Positions 9,685 through 19,923 of a stretch of DNA of 64,000 nt are shown piece by piece (the stretch's first letter is position 1; the number at the start of each line of letters is the position of its first letter). The DNA comes from Gemmatimonadota bacterium (GTDB lineage Bacteria; Gemmatimonadota; Gemmatimonadetes; Gemmatimonadales; GWC2-71-9), in assembly GCA_009692115.1 (NCBI GenBank), contig SHZU01000003.1, positions 35,079 through 99,078 on the forward strand, in the 5' to 3' direction. A program made the translations under genes and the position numbers. Under the pieces are notes generated by a model. That model searched no databases, had not been told where the DNA came from, and saw only the letters and a list, made by a program, of their open reading frames with translations.

Positions 9685-9772
9685 GCCCACATCGGCTTCG
9701 TCATGTTCCAAGGTAATTCAGACAAATGAGCTTATCTGATCCCAAGTCTTGTTACCGCAGTTGTTTGTACAT

Positions 9773-10912
9773 CTAGGATATGACCGATTTGTTCAGCACT
9801 GCGAACGCCTGCCGAGCCACGTCGAGCGCTTCACCCGGAGACCGGGCGAGGCAATTGAGGTGTCCCATTTTGCGGCCGAGCCGGGCCTCCTTTTTACCAT
9901 AGAGGTGGAGCCGAACCCCGGGGATGGCGAGTGCGGCGGCCCAATTGGGTTCGCCGCCGGCCCAGCGGTCGCCCAAGAGATTGACCATGCAGATCGGCGA
10001 CAGGAGCCGGGGTTCGCCTAGCGGCAGGCCGGCCAGGCAGCGGACCTGTTGCTCGAATTGGTCCACTCCGCAGGCGTCCATCGTGTAGTGTCCGGAGTTG
10101 TGGGGCCGGGGGGCCAATTCGTTGACGAAGATCCGGCCCCCCTCCGCGACGAACATCTCGACGCCCAGGACCCCGACGTAGTTGAGCCGATTCGCGACGG
10201 CCATTGCCGTGTGGACCGCCTCGGTGGCGAGTTCGGGTGCCACGAGGGCCGGCACGACGGTCGTGTGGAGGATGCCGCCGACGTGAACATTCTCGCCCAC
10301 CGGGAACGGCGCCACGGAGCCGTCCTGGCCCCGAGCCAGGACGACGGAGATCTCGGATGCGAGGGCCAACCGGCGTTCGAGGACGCAGGGGACCTGTCGG
10401 AACCGTTCGAACGCCGCTTCGGTCTCGTCATACCGAGTGACGACCGCTTGCCCTTTGCCGTCGTACCCGAGCCGGCTGGTCTTCAGCACTGCCGGCGCCC
10501 CGATTCGATCCCAGGCTCGGCGAAGGTCGGCGATCGATTCGACCGCCTCAAAATCAGCGGTGGCGAGGCCGGCCGATCGAAGGAATGTCTTCTCGGTAAT
10601 CCGGTCCTGGCAGATGGCAACGGCGGCGGCCGAGGGGCGGCACACGGTGTGAGTGCTGAGATATTCGAGGGCTGCCGCCGGCACGTTCTCGAACTCGGTG
10701 GTCACCGCCGCCGCGGAGCGGGCCAGATCCTCGAGCGCGGCTCGGTCGTCGTACGCCGAGCGGATATGGCGGGTGGCGACGGCGCCTGCCGGGGACAACG
10801 GATCGGGCTCGAGGACGACCACCTCGTAGCCCATCTCCCGGGCTCGCAGCGTGAACATCCGGCCGAGCTGACCGCCACCCACCAGGCCGAGGGTTTGCCC
10901 CGGCGGGATCAT
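9773..10912 (-). CDS. purK: N5-carboxyaminoimidazole ribonucleotide synthase
   Basis: ORF 9773-11227 trimmed to ATG 10912 ([19 protein letters not shown]..., ATP-grasp). ATGA overlap with the purE stop. Confidence 0.9.
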   Translation of the reverse strand: MIPPGQTLGLVGGGQLGRMFTLRAREMGYEVVVLEPDPLSPAGAVATRHIRSAYDDRAALEDLARSAAAVTTEFENVPAAALEYLSTHTVCRPSAAAVAICQDRITEKTFLRSAGLATADFEAVESIADLRRAWDRIGAPAVLKTSRLGYDGKGQAVVTRYDETEAAFERFRQVPCVLERRLALASEISVVLARGQDGSVAPFPVGENVHVGGILHTTVVPALVAPELATEAVHTAMAVANRLNYVGVLGVEMFVAEGGRIFVNELAPRPHNSGHYTMDACGVDQFEQQVRCLAGLPLGEPRLLSPICMVNLLGDRWAGGEPNWAAALAIPGVRLHLYGKKEARLGRKMGHLNCLARSPGEALDVARQAFAVLNKSVIS

Positions 10913-11409
10913 AGCGAGGGCGGCGGGAGGGTGGCGGCCAGAACGTTGGCTTCTTGGGCCTTCCGAAACGTCTCGAGCCGGGTGGCCAGGGCTTGATCGT
11001 GCCGCGCCAGCATGGCGACGGCATACAGGCCGGCATTGTGGGCCCCCGGCTCGCCGATCGCAAAGGTCGCGACCGGGATCCCGGCCGGCATCTGGACGAT
11101 CGAGAGCAACGAATCGAGCCCCTGAAGGTACGTGCTCGGAACCGGGACGCCGAGGACCGGAACAATGGTTTTGGCCGCGAGCATGCCGGGAAGATGGGCG
11201 GCTCCGCCGGCCCCGGCGATAATGCAATGCAAGCCGCGACCGAGCGCTTCGGACGCATACTGGAACAGCAGGTCAGGGGTGCGATGGGCGGAAACGACCC
11301 GGGTTTCGTGCGGGACGCCGAAGTCATCGAGGCGCTTGGCGGCGTGCCGGAGGGTGTCCCAGTCCGAGGCCGATCCCATCACGATACCGACCAATGGGGA
11401 GCGGCTCAC
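10909..11409 (-). CDS. purE: N5-carboxyaminoimidazole ribonucleotide mutase
   Basis: GTG start in a GTGA overlap with the ppdK stop. Motifs [10 protein letters not shown] and [14 protein letters not shown]. 166 aa. Confidence 0.95.
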   Translation of the reverse strand: MSRSPLVGIVMGSASDWDTLRHAAKRLDDFGVPHETRVVSAHRTPDLLFQYASEALGRGLHCIIAGAGGAAHLPGMLAAKTIVPVLGVPVPSTYLQGLDSLLSIVQMPAGIPVATFAIGEPGAHNAGLYAVAMLARHDQALATRLETFRKAQEANVLAATLPPPSL

Positions 11410-14072
11410 AGGGTACCCCGGGTGCGATCCATCGTGCCGCGCTCCGCCAGTGCGGCTTGGGCCGCCGCGAGGCGGGCGATCGGGACCCGAAACGGCGAAC
11501 AGGAGACATAGTTCATCTTTTGAGCCTCGCAGAAGGTAATCGTCTTCGGCTCGCCGCCGTGCTCGCCGCAGATCCCGATCTTGAGATCCTGCCGAGTGCC
11601 GCGGCCTAATTGCACGGCCATACTGATCAGTTTGCCGACCCCGGCGATATCGAGTTCCTGGAAGGGGTCGGCTTCGATGATGTTCCGTTCGACGTATGAT
11701 GGGAGGAACACCCCGGCATCGTCCCGGGACAGGCCCCAGGTGGTCTGGGTCAGGTCGTTGGTGCCGAAGGAGAAGAACTGGGCCTCCCGGGCAATTTCAT
11801 CGGCCGTGAGGGCCGCTCGGGGCAACTCGATCATGGTGCCTAACAAGTAGGGCACCGTGATCTGTCGTTCCCGGAACACTTCCTCGGCCACCTGCCGGAC
11901 AATCAGCGCTTGTTTCCGGAATTCGATCACGTGGGCCACCAGAGGGATCATGACCTCGGGTTGGACCCGGCCCTTCCGTTCCGCCACGGTGCAGGCGGCC
12001 TCGAAAATGGCGCGGGCCTGCATCGCGGTAATTTCCGGGTACATGATACCGAGCCGGCACCCGCGGAGCCCGAGCATCGGGTTGACCTCGCTCAGGTTGT
12101 CGATGATTCGCTGGACGTCTTTGACGGTCTTACCCATCTGCCCGGCCAACTCGGCGATCTCCTTCGCCGCCTTGGGCAAGAACTCGTGGAGCGGCGGATC
12201 GAGGAGGCGGATCGTGACGGGGTACCCCTCCATCGCCCGGAAGATGCCTTCGAAGTCCGCCCGCTGCATGGGCAGGAGCCGGGCCAGCGCTTTCTTCCGG
12301 CCGGCTTCGTCCTCCGCCAGAATCATTTCGCGCATCACGGGCAACCGTTCGCCCTCGAAGAACATGTGCTCGGTCCGGCAGAGGCCAATTCCTTCGGCTC
12401 CGAAGTCGCGGCCCCGGTGCGAGTCGGCCGGGGTGTCGGCGTTGACGCGGATCCGGAGGTGACGCATGCCGTCGGCCCAGCCCATCAGTTTGGTGAAGTG
12501 CTCGCTGAGCAGGGGTGCGACCAGTTTGGACTGTCCGCCGAAGACTTTGCCCGTGCTCCCGTCGACGGTGATCCAGTCGCCTTCGGCGATCGCCCGGCCG
12601 AGGACCGTAAACTGGCCGGCCGCCTCATCGACCTCGATCTCCTGGGCCCCCGCAACACAGGGCTTGCCCATGCCTCGGGCCACGACGGCCGCGTGAGACG
12701 TCATCCCGCCCCGGGCGGTCAAAATGGCCCGGGCGGTGACCATGCCGTGGAAATCCTCGGGGCTGGTTTCCCGCCGAACCAGGATGACGGCGTTGCCCTT
12801 CTTGCCTAACTCCTCGGCCCGGTCGGCACTGAAGACGACGGTCCCGCTGGCGGCCCCGGGCGAGGCCGGGAGCCCGGTGGTCAAGTAATCGATGGGCGCG
12901 TTGGCGTCGATGGCCTGGTGGAGGAGCTGATTGAGGTCATTGGGAGGAATCCGGGCCACGGCTTCCTCTTCGGAAATCGACCCCTCCGCCACCATCTCGA
13001 CGGCGATCCGGACCGCCGCTTGGCCGGATCGCTGCCCCCGCCGGGTCTGCAGCATGTAGAGTTGGCCGCGCTCGATCGTGAACTCGAGATCCTGGACGTC
13101 TCGAAAATGCCGCTCGAGGGTCCGGGCAACCCGTTCGAGCTCGCCGAACACGTGGGGCATCCGGTCCTTCAGTGCCTCGATGTGTTCCGGAGTCCGGGTG
13201 CCGGAGACGACATCCTCGCCTTGGGCGTTCATCAAGAACTCGCCGTAGAGCATGTTCTCCCCGGTTGAGGGATCCCGGGTAAACGCAACCCCGGTCCCGC
13301 AGTCCTCTCCCATGTTGCCGAACACCATGGCCACGATGTTCACGGCCGTTCCCAGGCTGTTGGGAATGTCGTGAAGCTTGCGATAGTCGATGGCCCGCCG
13401 GGTGTTCCAGCTCTCGAACACGGCCTCGATCGCCCCCCACAACTGATCGATCGGGTTTTCCGGAAAGGGTTTGCCGGTGTCGGCCTCGATCAGCGCCTTG
13501 TATTCGCGGACCAGGGCCTGGAATTCTGCCACCGGCAGGTCGATGTCGCGGGCCACGCCAAGGCGGTGCTTCCGGGCCTCCAGGCGTTCCTCAAACCGCT
13601 TCTTCGGCACCTCGAAGACGACCCCGCCATACATCTGGACGAAACGGCGGTAGGAGTCCCAGGCAAAGCCTGGATTTCCGCTCAGCTTCTCGAGTCCCTT
13701 AACGGTGTCGTCGTTCAAGCCAAGGTTGAGAATGGTTTCCATCATGCCCGGCATCGAGAGCGCCGCACCGGACCGGACCGAGACGAGCAGCGGGTTGTCG
13801 GCGGCGCCGAATTGCTTGCCGGTGGCGGCTTCGACTCGCAGCAGCGACGCCTCGACTTGGGCCTTGAGCCGAGGCGGGAACTGGTGCATGGCCAGATAGG
13901 TTCCGCATACTGTTGAGGCAATGGTGAATCCGGGCGGGACCGGGATGCCGAGATTGGTCATCTCGGCTAGGCCGGCGCCTTTGCCACCCAACGTTTCCTT
14001 CATGGCGGACGTCCCGTCCGCCCGGCCCTGACCGAAAAAATAGACGAGGGGTTGCGTCTGGCTGTCGATCAC
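11406..14072 (-). CDS. ppdK: pyruvate, phosphate dikinase
   Basis: ORF 11406-14315 trimmed to GTG 14072, which keeps the conserved N-terminus (...PLVYFFGQG...[10 protein letters not shown]). Phospho-His motif [13 protein letters not shown], plus GTNDLTQ and GICGEHGG. 888 aa. Confidence 0.9.
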   Translation of the reverse strand: MIDSQTQPLVYFFGQGRADGTSAMKETLGGKGAGLAEMTNLGIPVPPGFTIASTVCGTYLAMHQFPPRLKAQVEASLLRVEAATGKQFGAADNPLLVSVRSGAALSMPGMMETILNLGLNDDTVKGLEKLSGNPGFAWDSYRRFVQMYGGVVFEVPKKRFEERLEARKHRLGVARDIDLPVAEFQALVREYKALIEADTGKPFPENPIDQLWGAIEAVFESWNTRRAIDYRKLHDIPNSLGTAVNIVAMVFGNMGEDCGTGVAFTRDPSTGENMLYGEFLMNAQGEDVVSGTRTPEHIEALKDRMPHVFGELERVARTLERHFRDVQDLEFTIERGQLYMLQTRRGQRSGQAAVRIAVEMVAEGSISEEEAVARIPPNDLNQLLHQAIDANAPIDYLTTGLPASPGAASGTVVFSADRAEELGKKGNAVILVRRETSPEDFHGMVTARAILTARGGMTSHAAVVARGMGKPCVAGAQEIEVDEAAGQFTVLGRAIAEGDWITVDGSTGKVFGGQSKLVAPLLSEHFTKLMGWADGMRHLRIRVNADTPADSHRGRDFGAEGIGLCRTEHMFFEGERLPVMREMILAEDEAGRKKALARLLPMQRADFEGIFRAMEGYPVTIRLLDPPLHEFLPKAAKEIAELAGQMGKTVKDVQRIIDNLSEVNPMLGLRGCRLGIMYPEITAMQARAIFEAACTVAERKGRVQPEVMIPLVAHVIEFRKQALIVRQVAEEVFRERQITVPYLLGTMIELPRAALTADEIAREAQFFSFGTNDLTQTTWGLSRDDAGVFLPSYVERNIIEADPFQELDIAGVGKLISMAVQLGRGTRQDLKIGICGEHGGEPKTITFCEAQKMNYVSCSPFRVPIARLAAAQAALAERGTMDRTRGTL

Positions 14073-15466
14073 GGCGCGCTCTCGACGAAGGGCGGCTGAT
14101 GGTGCATTTCGACCGGTGGGGTGGTCGGCTGAATCGGATATTGCCCGGAAAAGCAGGCGTGGCAGAAGCTGTTCCGGGTGCCCGCAGCCTGAACCATGCC
14201 GGCCAAGGAGAGATATCCGAGCGAGTCGACGCCAAGGTATGTCGCAATCTCCTCGATCGAGTGATTGGCAGCAATCAGCTCGTCTCGGTTCGGCGTGTCG
14301 ATCCCGTAGTGGCACGGTCCGGTGATCGGCGGTGAACTCAGTCGGAGGTGCACCTCCCGAGCCCCCGCCCCTCGGATCATCTGGACCAGTCCCTTACTCG
14401 TGGTTCCCCGGACCAAGCTGTCATCCACGACGACGACGGACCGGCCGGCGATCACGTGGCGGACCGGGTTGAACTTGATCTTGACCTTGGCGACGCGGAG
14501 GGCTTGGGTCGGATTGATGAAGGTCCGGCCCACGTAGTGGTTCCGGATCAGGCCATGCTCCAGCTTGAGGCCGGACTCATCTGCAAACCCGAGTGCCATC
14601 ATGTTGGCGCTGTCGGGAACGCTGAATACCACGTCGGCGCCGGGGGCGGGGTGTTCCCGGGCCAGCTGCCGCCCCAGTTCCCGCCGGACCCGGTCCACCG
14701 ACTCGCCGAAGACGGTGCTATCGGGCCGGGCAAAGTAGACCAACTCGAAAATGCACCGCATCGGCGCCGGGGCGCACTCGAGTTTCGGTAGGTCCCGCAC
14801 CATGCCGTCGATAATCTCGAGAAAGTCCCCCGGGCCAAGTTCCCGGATCAGGGTCGCGCCGACCAGGTCGAGGGCGCAGGTTTCCGAAGCCACGACGACG
14901 CCCTGGCCGATCCGACCCACCGCCAGGGGCCGAAACCCAAAGGGGTCGACAGCGCAATACAAGGTCCGGCCGACGGCAATGACGAGGCTATAGGCGCCTT
15001 CGATCTTGCCCAACGCCTCCCGGATCTGGGCCTCCGGCGTCGTCGCCCGCGACCGGGCGATCAGATGGACGATCACCTCGGAGTCTGAGGAGGACTGGAA
15101 GATGGCGCCCTTATCAACCAACTCCCGTTTGACGGCGGGCGCATTGGTGAGGTTTCCATTGTGCGCGAGGGCCAGCGGCCCTCCGTGGTAATTGGCGACG
15201 CAGGGCTGCGCGTTGGCCAGCACCGACGAACCGGCTGTGGAATAGCGGGTATGGCCGACGGCAACATCGCCGTCGAGTTCGGTGATCTCTGGTGCCCGGA
15301 AAATGTCGCCGACGAGGCCCATGCCACGGACCAAGTGCGGAACGCCGCTGTCGTCGACCGTGACGATGCCGGCGCTTTCCTGGCCTCGGTGCTGAAGAGC
15401 GTAGAGGCCGAGATACGCGACGCGAGCCGCGTCCGGCACGTTCGATACCCCGATGACTCCGCACAT
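14069..15466 (-). CDS. purF: amidophosphoribosyltransferase
   Basis: Trimmed to ATG 15466 so the N-terminus is MCGVIGV (Ntn Cys). PRTase motif VVVVDDSLVRGTT. 465 aa. Confidence 0.95.
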   Translation of the reverse strand: MCGVIGVSNVPDAARVAYLGLYALQHRGQESAGIVTVDDSGVPHLVRGMGLVGDIFRAPEITELDGDVAVGHTRYSTAGSSVLANAQPCVANYHGGPLALAHNGNLTNAPAVKRELVDKGAIFQSSSDSEVIVHLIARSRATTPEAQIREALGKIEGAYSLVIAVGRTLYCAVDPFGFRPLAVGRIGQGVVVASETCALDLVGATLIRELGPGDFLEIIDGMVRDLPKLECAPAPMRCIFELVYFARPDSTVFGESVDRVRRELGRQLAREHPAPGADVVFSVPDSANMMALGFADESGLKLEHGLIRNHYVGRTFINPTQALRVAKVKIKFNPVRHVIAGRSVVVVDDSLVRGTTSKGLVQMIRGAGAREVHLRLSSPPITGPCHYGIDTPNRDELIAANHSIEEIATYLGVDSLGYLSLAGMVQAAGTRNSFCHACFSGQYPIQPTTPPVEMHHQPPFVESAP

Positions 15467-15468
15467 AG

Positions 15469-17745
15469 TTAGGCCGACATTCGTCGTGGAATAGCGGTGA
15501 AGTAGGTCCGGCGGAGGTCGCCGGTCTGCCACACCATGGATAGGGTGCCGACGGTGATCCGGAGGTCCCCCCCCGCGGCCCCGACACTTCCGGCTACGGC
15601 AAATGGCACGCCGTGTTCCTGGGCCAAGGCCCGAAGGGGGTCGACCATGCCGGGGTCGAACGAGATGACCGCCCGGGCGCCATCCTCGCCGAACAACAGA
15701 GCGTCCGCCTCGAGACCCGGACGTTGTTCGAGGTGAATTCCGGCGCCCAAGGTGCCGTGGCCGTGCGGAGCGCCCAGGCAACATTCGGCGACCGCCACCG
15801 CCAAGCCGCCGTCGGCGCAATCATGGGCCGACCGGAGGAGCCGCGCCGTGGCGGCCGCCGCCAAGAATCGCTGCAGGTTCCGTTCTGCGGCCAGATCGCA
15901 GGGCGGGGGCGGGCCGCCAAGGAAGTCCCGAACCAGCCACCAGTACATCGACCCGCCCAGGTGCCCGGCGGTCGAGCCGAGGAGTCCGACCAAATCGCCG
16001 GTATGCTGGAACCCACTCGGGATCCGAGTCGTGACGTCCTGGAGCAGTCCGACGAGCCCGACGGTCGGAGTGGGGTCGATGGCGCCGGTGGGGCTCTCGT
16101 TGTACAGCGACACGTTGCCGCCGGTGACCGGCGTATTGAAGACGCGGCATGCGTCTCCCATACCCCGGACCGCTTCTTTGAATTGGAAAAAGATGTCCGG
16201 TTTGTCCGGGTTTCCGAAATTGAGGCAGTTGGTAATCCCGAGCGGAACGGCGCCGGTACATGCCACGTTTCGGGCCGCTTCCGCGACGGTCATCTTGCCG
16301 CCTTCATACGGGTCGAGCGCGACGTAGCGGTTGGGGCAATCGACCGATACGGCCAGGCCGAATGTGGTGCCCTGAACCAGGAACACGCCGGCGTCGCCAC
16401 CGGGGCCAAGCACGGTGTTGGCCTGGATCGTGGAATCGTACTGGTCGAACACCCACCGCTTGCTCGCAATGGTCGGGTCGTCGAGCAGAACCGACAGGGC
16501 CCCGGTCAGGTCGACCTTCGGGGGGGCCGACGGCTCGGCGGCCCGCCGCGCAATCGCGTCGGGCGACTCGACGGCCTCCGGGTGGTACATCGGCATCCCG
16601 TTGACCAAGCGCTCACCTGGTATAGCCGCGACCGTGATGCCGTCGTGCACGACCCGGAACAGGCCGTCATCCGTGATCGTGCCGATGGCCGTTCCGTTGA
16701 GTTCCCATTTGGCGCAAATGGCCTGGACCTCGCCGACCCGGTGGGGCTCCACGACGAGCAGCATCCGCTCTTGTGACTCCGAGAGCAGAATTTCGTAGGG
16801 CGTCATCCCCGCTTCGCGAAGCGGGACGCGGCTGGTGTCGAGCTCGACCCCGACGCCGCCGCGGGCGGCCATCTCCGACGACGAACTGGTCAGGCCGGCC
16901 GCCCCCATGTCCTGGATCGCGACGATGGTTCGGGAGGTAATCAACTCGAGGCTGGCCTCGAGCAGGAGCTTCTCCGTGAACGGGTCGCCGACCTGGACTT
17001 GGGGACGGCGGGCTTCGCTTTCCGCCGACAAGTCCTCGGAAGCAAAACTCGCCCCGTGGATCCCATCCCGCCCGGTCCGGGCGCCGACGGTCATCAGAAT
17101 GTTGCCGACGCCCTCGGCCCGCGCGGTGATCAGGTCGGCTTCGCGGAGGATCCCGACGCACATGGCGTTGACGAGCGGGTTGCCGCTATAACCCGGCGCG
17201 AAGGTGACCTCGCCGCCTAACGTCGGAACCCCGACGCAGTTGCCGTAGTCGCCGACCCCCTTGACGACCCCCGCAAACAGATAGCGGTTGCGGGGGTCAT
17301 CCAAGGGGCCGAACCGCAGGCTGTTGAGGACCGCCACCGGGCGGGCGCCCATGGTAAAGACGTCGCGAAGGATGCCGCCGACGCCGGTGGCCGCGCCCTG
17401 GTACGGTTCGACGGCCGAGGGGTGGTTGTGCGACTCGATCTTGAAGGCAACCGCCCACCCATCCGGCAGCCGGAGGACCCCGGCATTTTCGCCCGGGCCT
17501 TGGACGACCTGCGGCCCGTCGGTCGGGAAGGTCCGGAGCACGGGCTTGGTATGCTTGTACGAGCAGTGCTCCGACCAGAGGGCACTGAAAACACCGAGTT
17601 CCGTCATGGTCGGAGTCCGGCCCAGCATGGCCAGAATTGCGGCGTACTCGCGCTCGTTCAGCTTATGCTCGCGCACCAACGCCTCGGTGACCGGAGGCTC
17701 CCCGGGAAATGGGTTGGCGGCCGGAGGCGTGGTCACCGACGTCAC
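15469..17745 (-). CDS. purL: phosphoribosylformylglycinamidine synthase subunit PurL
   Basis: GTG start. Motifs [13 protein letters not shown] and [21 protein letters not shown]. 758 aa. Confidence 0.95.
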   Translation of the reverse strand: MTSVTTPPAANPFPGEPPVTEALVREHKLNEREYAAILAMLGRTPTMTELGVFSALWSEHCSYKHTKPVLRTFPTDGPQVVQGPGENAGVLRLPDGWAVAFKIESHNHPSAVEPYQGAATGVGGILRDVFTMGARPVAVLNSLRFGPLDDPRNRYLFAGVVKGVGDYGNCVGVPTLGGEVTFAPGYSGNPLVNAMCVGILREADLITARAEGVGNILMTVGARTGRDGIHGASFASEDLSAESEARRPQVQVGDPFTEKLLLEASLELITSRTIVAIQDMGAAGLTSSSSEMAARGGVGVELDTSRVPLREAGMTPYEILLSESQERMLLVVEPHRVGEVQAICAKWELNGTAIGTITDDGLFRVVHDGITVAAIPGERLVNGMPMYHPEAVESPDAIARRAAEPSAPPKVDLTGALSVLLDDPTIASKRWVFDQYDSTIQANTVLGPGGDAGVFLVQGTTFGLAVSVDCPNRYVALDPYEGGKMTVAEAARNVACTGAVPLGITNCLNFGNPDKPDIFFQFKEAVRGMGDACRVFNTPVTGGNVSLYNESPTGAIDPTPTVGLVGLLQDVTTRIPSGFQHTGDLVGLLGSTAGHLGGSMYWWLVRDFLGGPPPPCDLAAERNLQRFLAAAATARLLRSAHDCADGGLAVAVAECCLGAPHGHGTLGAGIHLEQRPGLEADALLFGEDGARAVISFDPGMVDPLRALAQEHGVPFAVAGSVGAAGGDLRITVGTLSMVWQTGDLRRTYFTAIPRRMSA

Positions 17746-18053
17746 GTCTTCTTGAGACTCGAAAAGAGGTCGCCGAATACCTTGCCCATGAACCCGGGGT
17801 CACGGTGCTTCGTGGCCACATCGAGTTCCCCGGCGTCGAACCAGATCCCGAGGCAGTCGGGGCATTGGTCGATCTGCACGCCGTGGAGGTCGGTGGTGAC
17901 GAGGTGCCCGCCGCATTTCGGGCACCGCATGTGATGGCTTCGCTTCTCGGAGTCGCCGGCGGCCCGGTCCTGGGCCATCCGCTGTTTCTTGGTCAGCTCG
18001 GCGTCGCGAAGGGCGAAGTACTCGTCCTCGTTCTGACTCGGTTTCTCAGTCAT
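17742..18053 (-). CDS. small TFIIB-type zinc-ribbon protein (zf-TFIIB/PF13453-like), function unknown
   Basis: CPKCGGHL...[18 protein letters not shown] four-Cys ribbon. Stop TGA overlaps the purL GTG (GTGA). Start taken at ATG 18053, after the purQ stop; an alternative ATG at 18104 would overlap purQ. Confidence 0.7.
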   Translation of the reverse strand: MTEKPSQNEDEYFALRDAELTKKQRMAQDRAAGDSEKRSHHMRCPKCGGHLVTTDLHGVQIDQCPDCLGIWFDAGELDVATKHRDPGFMGKVFGDLFSSLKKT

Positions 18054-18073
18054 GGCAGTGCTTTGGGCTAAGG

Positions 18074-18775
18074 CTAAACATGAGCGGCCAAGGGCCGCTT
18101 CCAACGAACCAAGGAACTGAAGACTCGGGTGCCGGCGGTACTCCCGAGCAACGGATCGGCGAGGCGCTCAGGGTGCGGCATCATGCCGACAACATTGCCG
18201 TCCCGATTCGAGATCGCGGCGATGTCTCCCATGGCGCCGTTCGGGTTGGCCGGGCTGTCCGGCATCCCGGTGTTGACGTACCGAAAAACGACCCGACCTT
18301 CCGACTCGAGAGTGGCCAAAACATCCTCCGAGGCGGCATAGCGGCCATCGCCGTGGCCGATCGGAATCCGGATGATTTCATGCTCGCGATACCCGGCGGT
18401 GAACGGCGTCCGCCGCCGCTCCACCCGGAGGTCCACCGGCCGCGAGAGGAACTGGAGGCCGGCATTGCGCATCAGGGCGCCCGGGAGGAGGCCGGCCTCG
18501 CAGAGCACTTGGAATCCGTTGCAAATGCCGGCGAGCGGCTTGCCGTCGGCCGCGTGACGCTCGATGGCGGCCATGATCGGACTGAAGCGGGCGATGGCCC
18601 CCGCGCGGAGGTAGTCGCCGTAGCTGAAACCACCCGGAATGATGACCGCGTCCGCATCGTGAAGATCGGTCTCCCGATGGAAGACGTAGTAGGCCGCCCC
18701 GCCCTCGCGTTCCACGGCTCGATAGGCGTCGGGCTCACAGTTGCTGCCGGGGAACCGGATGATCGCAACTCGCAT
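18074..18775 (-). CDS. purQ: phosphoribosylformylglycinamidine synthase glutaminase subunit PurQ
   Basis: Trimmed to MRVAIIRFPGSNCE. GATase triad contexts GICNGFQ and MMPHPER. Confidence 0.95.
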   Translation of the reverse strand: MRVAIIRFPGSNCEPDAYRAVEREGGAAYYVFHRETDLHDADAVIIPGGFSYGDYLRAGAIARFSPIMAAIERHAADGKPLAGICNGFQVLCEAGLLPGALMRNAGLQFLSRPVDLRVERRRTPFTAGYREHEIIRIPIGHGDGRYAASEDVLATLESEGRVVFRYVNTGMPDSPANPNGAMGDIAAISNRDGNVVGMMPHPERLADPLLGSTAGTRVFSSLVRWKRPLAAHV

Positions 18776-19026
18776 CAGCCGACCTCCACCTTGACTTGAA
18801 AGTCTTCGGTGACGGGATTGGCGAGCAGTTTGTCGCACATGGCCTTGGCGTCCGCGGCGGCGGCCTCGGCGGTGGGTGCCTCGAGATCGAATTCAATCGC
18901 CTTGCCGACGTGGACGTTGGCGGCCTGGTCGAACTGGAGCGCCTTCAGGGCATGCTCGACGGCCTGGCCTTGCGGGTCAAGCAGGCCCCGGCGAGGCATG
19001 ATCCGGACATGGATACGGAACTTCAT
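18775..19026 (-). CDS. purS: phosphoribosylformylglycinamidine synthase subunit PurS
   Basis: 83 aa (MKFRIHVRIMPRRGLLDPQGQAVEHALK...). ATG in an ATGA overlap with the pssA stop. Confidence 0.9.
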   Translation of the reverse strand: MKFRIHVRIMPRRGLLDPQGQAVEHALKALQFDQAANVHVGKAIEFDLEAPTAEAAAADAKAMCDKLLANPVTEDFQVKVEVG

Positions 19027-19868
19027 CGGTCCTCCCGGCGAATCCGGTCGGTTAGGGAATGGACCGGGGCCTTCAAAGGGGCGTCCGGCCCCTCCGCGAG
19101 CGGCTGGCCCCGCTCGAGCAGACTGAGGACGGAACTTCGGAGCATGCCGCCGACCATGTAGGTCAGGCCCAAGGGGAAGAAGAATGATCCCGGCGAGATG
19201 ATGGCGCCGGCGATGATGCCGAGGTGGATGAGGAGCCCGACCACACCGGACAACGACCGGAGTCCGATCCGCGGCCACCGCGGGTATTTCACATTGCTGA
19301 CCATCAACGCGGCCAACAGGAGCACCAGGACGGTGAGGCCCTCGTGCTGGAGGTCGAGGTACGCCACCGACGTCTTGTACCACGAGGACTGGCTGAACGG
19401 GTAGTATGCCGCGAGGGTCATGCCCGCGGCCGGCGACGGCAGCCCGGTAAACCAGTTGGAGTGGGGCGCGCCGTGCGAGGTCACGTTGTAGCGGGCCAGC
19501 CGGAGAGCGGCCGCCACCACGTAGAGGTAACAGACCACCCACCCGAACTTGCCCGCGGTCGCAAATTCCAGGTAATACATCACGAGCGCCGGTGCGACGC
19601 CGAACGACACAATGTCGACCAGCGAATCCAACTCGGCACCAAACCGGCTTCCAGTGTTCGACAGCCGGGCAATCCGCCCGTCGAACATGTCGAGGATCCC
19701 GGAAAACACGATAAAGAAACCGGCCCATTTGAAGTTGCCGTTCGTCGCCATGACGATGGCCCAGAACCCGAAGAACAAATTGGCCAGCGTGAAGAAACTG
19801 GGCACCACGACGACCACGCGGCGGATTCCGCGCCGGGTCCGCCGTTCTTCAACCGGTACGTCTACCAT
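19023..19868 (-). CDS. pssA: CDP-diacylglycerol--serine O-phosphatidyltransferase
   Basis: CDP-alcohol phosphatidyltransferase motif DMFDGRIARLSNTGSRFGAELDSLVD. Multi-TM protein, 281 aa. Confidence 0.85.
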   Translation of the reverse strand: MVDVPVEERRTRRGIRRVVVVVPSFFTLANLFFGFWAIVMATNGNFKWAGFFIVFSGILDMFDGRIARLSNTGSRFGAELDSLVDIVSFGVAPALVMYYLEFATAGKFGWVVCYLYVVAAALRLARYNVTSHGAPHSNWFTGLPSPAAGMTLAAYYPFSQSSWYKTSVAYLDLQHEGLTVLVLLLAALMVSNVKYPRWPRIGLRSLSGVVGLLIHLGIIAGAIISPGSFFFPLGLTYMVGGMLRSSVLSLLERGQPLAEGPDAPLKAPVHSLTDRIRREDR

Positions 19869-19923
19869 AGGGCCACCCCGGGTTGGTTGGTCCTCAACGG
19901 CTCATTAGCGATCCAGGCCCCGG

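Noticed and set aside
9240-9711. Two small minus-strand ORFs (9240-9452 and 9490-9711).
   Set aside because: They lie entirely within or antisense to the tmRNA gene and its terminator. The tmRNA explains the sequence.
9685-9772. AT-rich stretch after tmRNA as an integrated mobile element or att site.
   Set aside because: It is only 88 nt, with no integrase and no duplicated tmRNA 3' end. It is bounded by the purK stop.
14069-15820. Long N-terminal extensions in the ORF track, for example purF 583 aa, purK 484 aa, htrA 596 aa, lexA 295 aa, carboxyltransferase 694 aa, hisS 480 aa and the hydrolase 576 aa.
   Set aside because: The extensions overlap upstream genes, are Arg/Pro-rich, and precede the conserved family N-termini (for example MCGV in PurF). 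Internal starts give canonical lengths and tight junctions.
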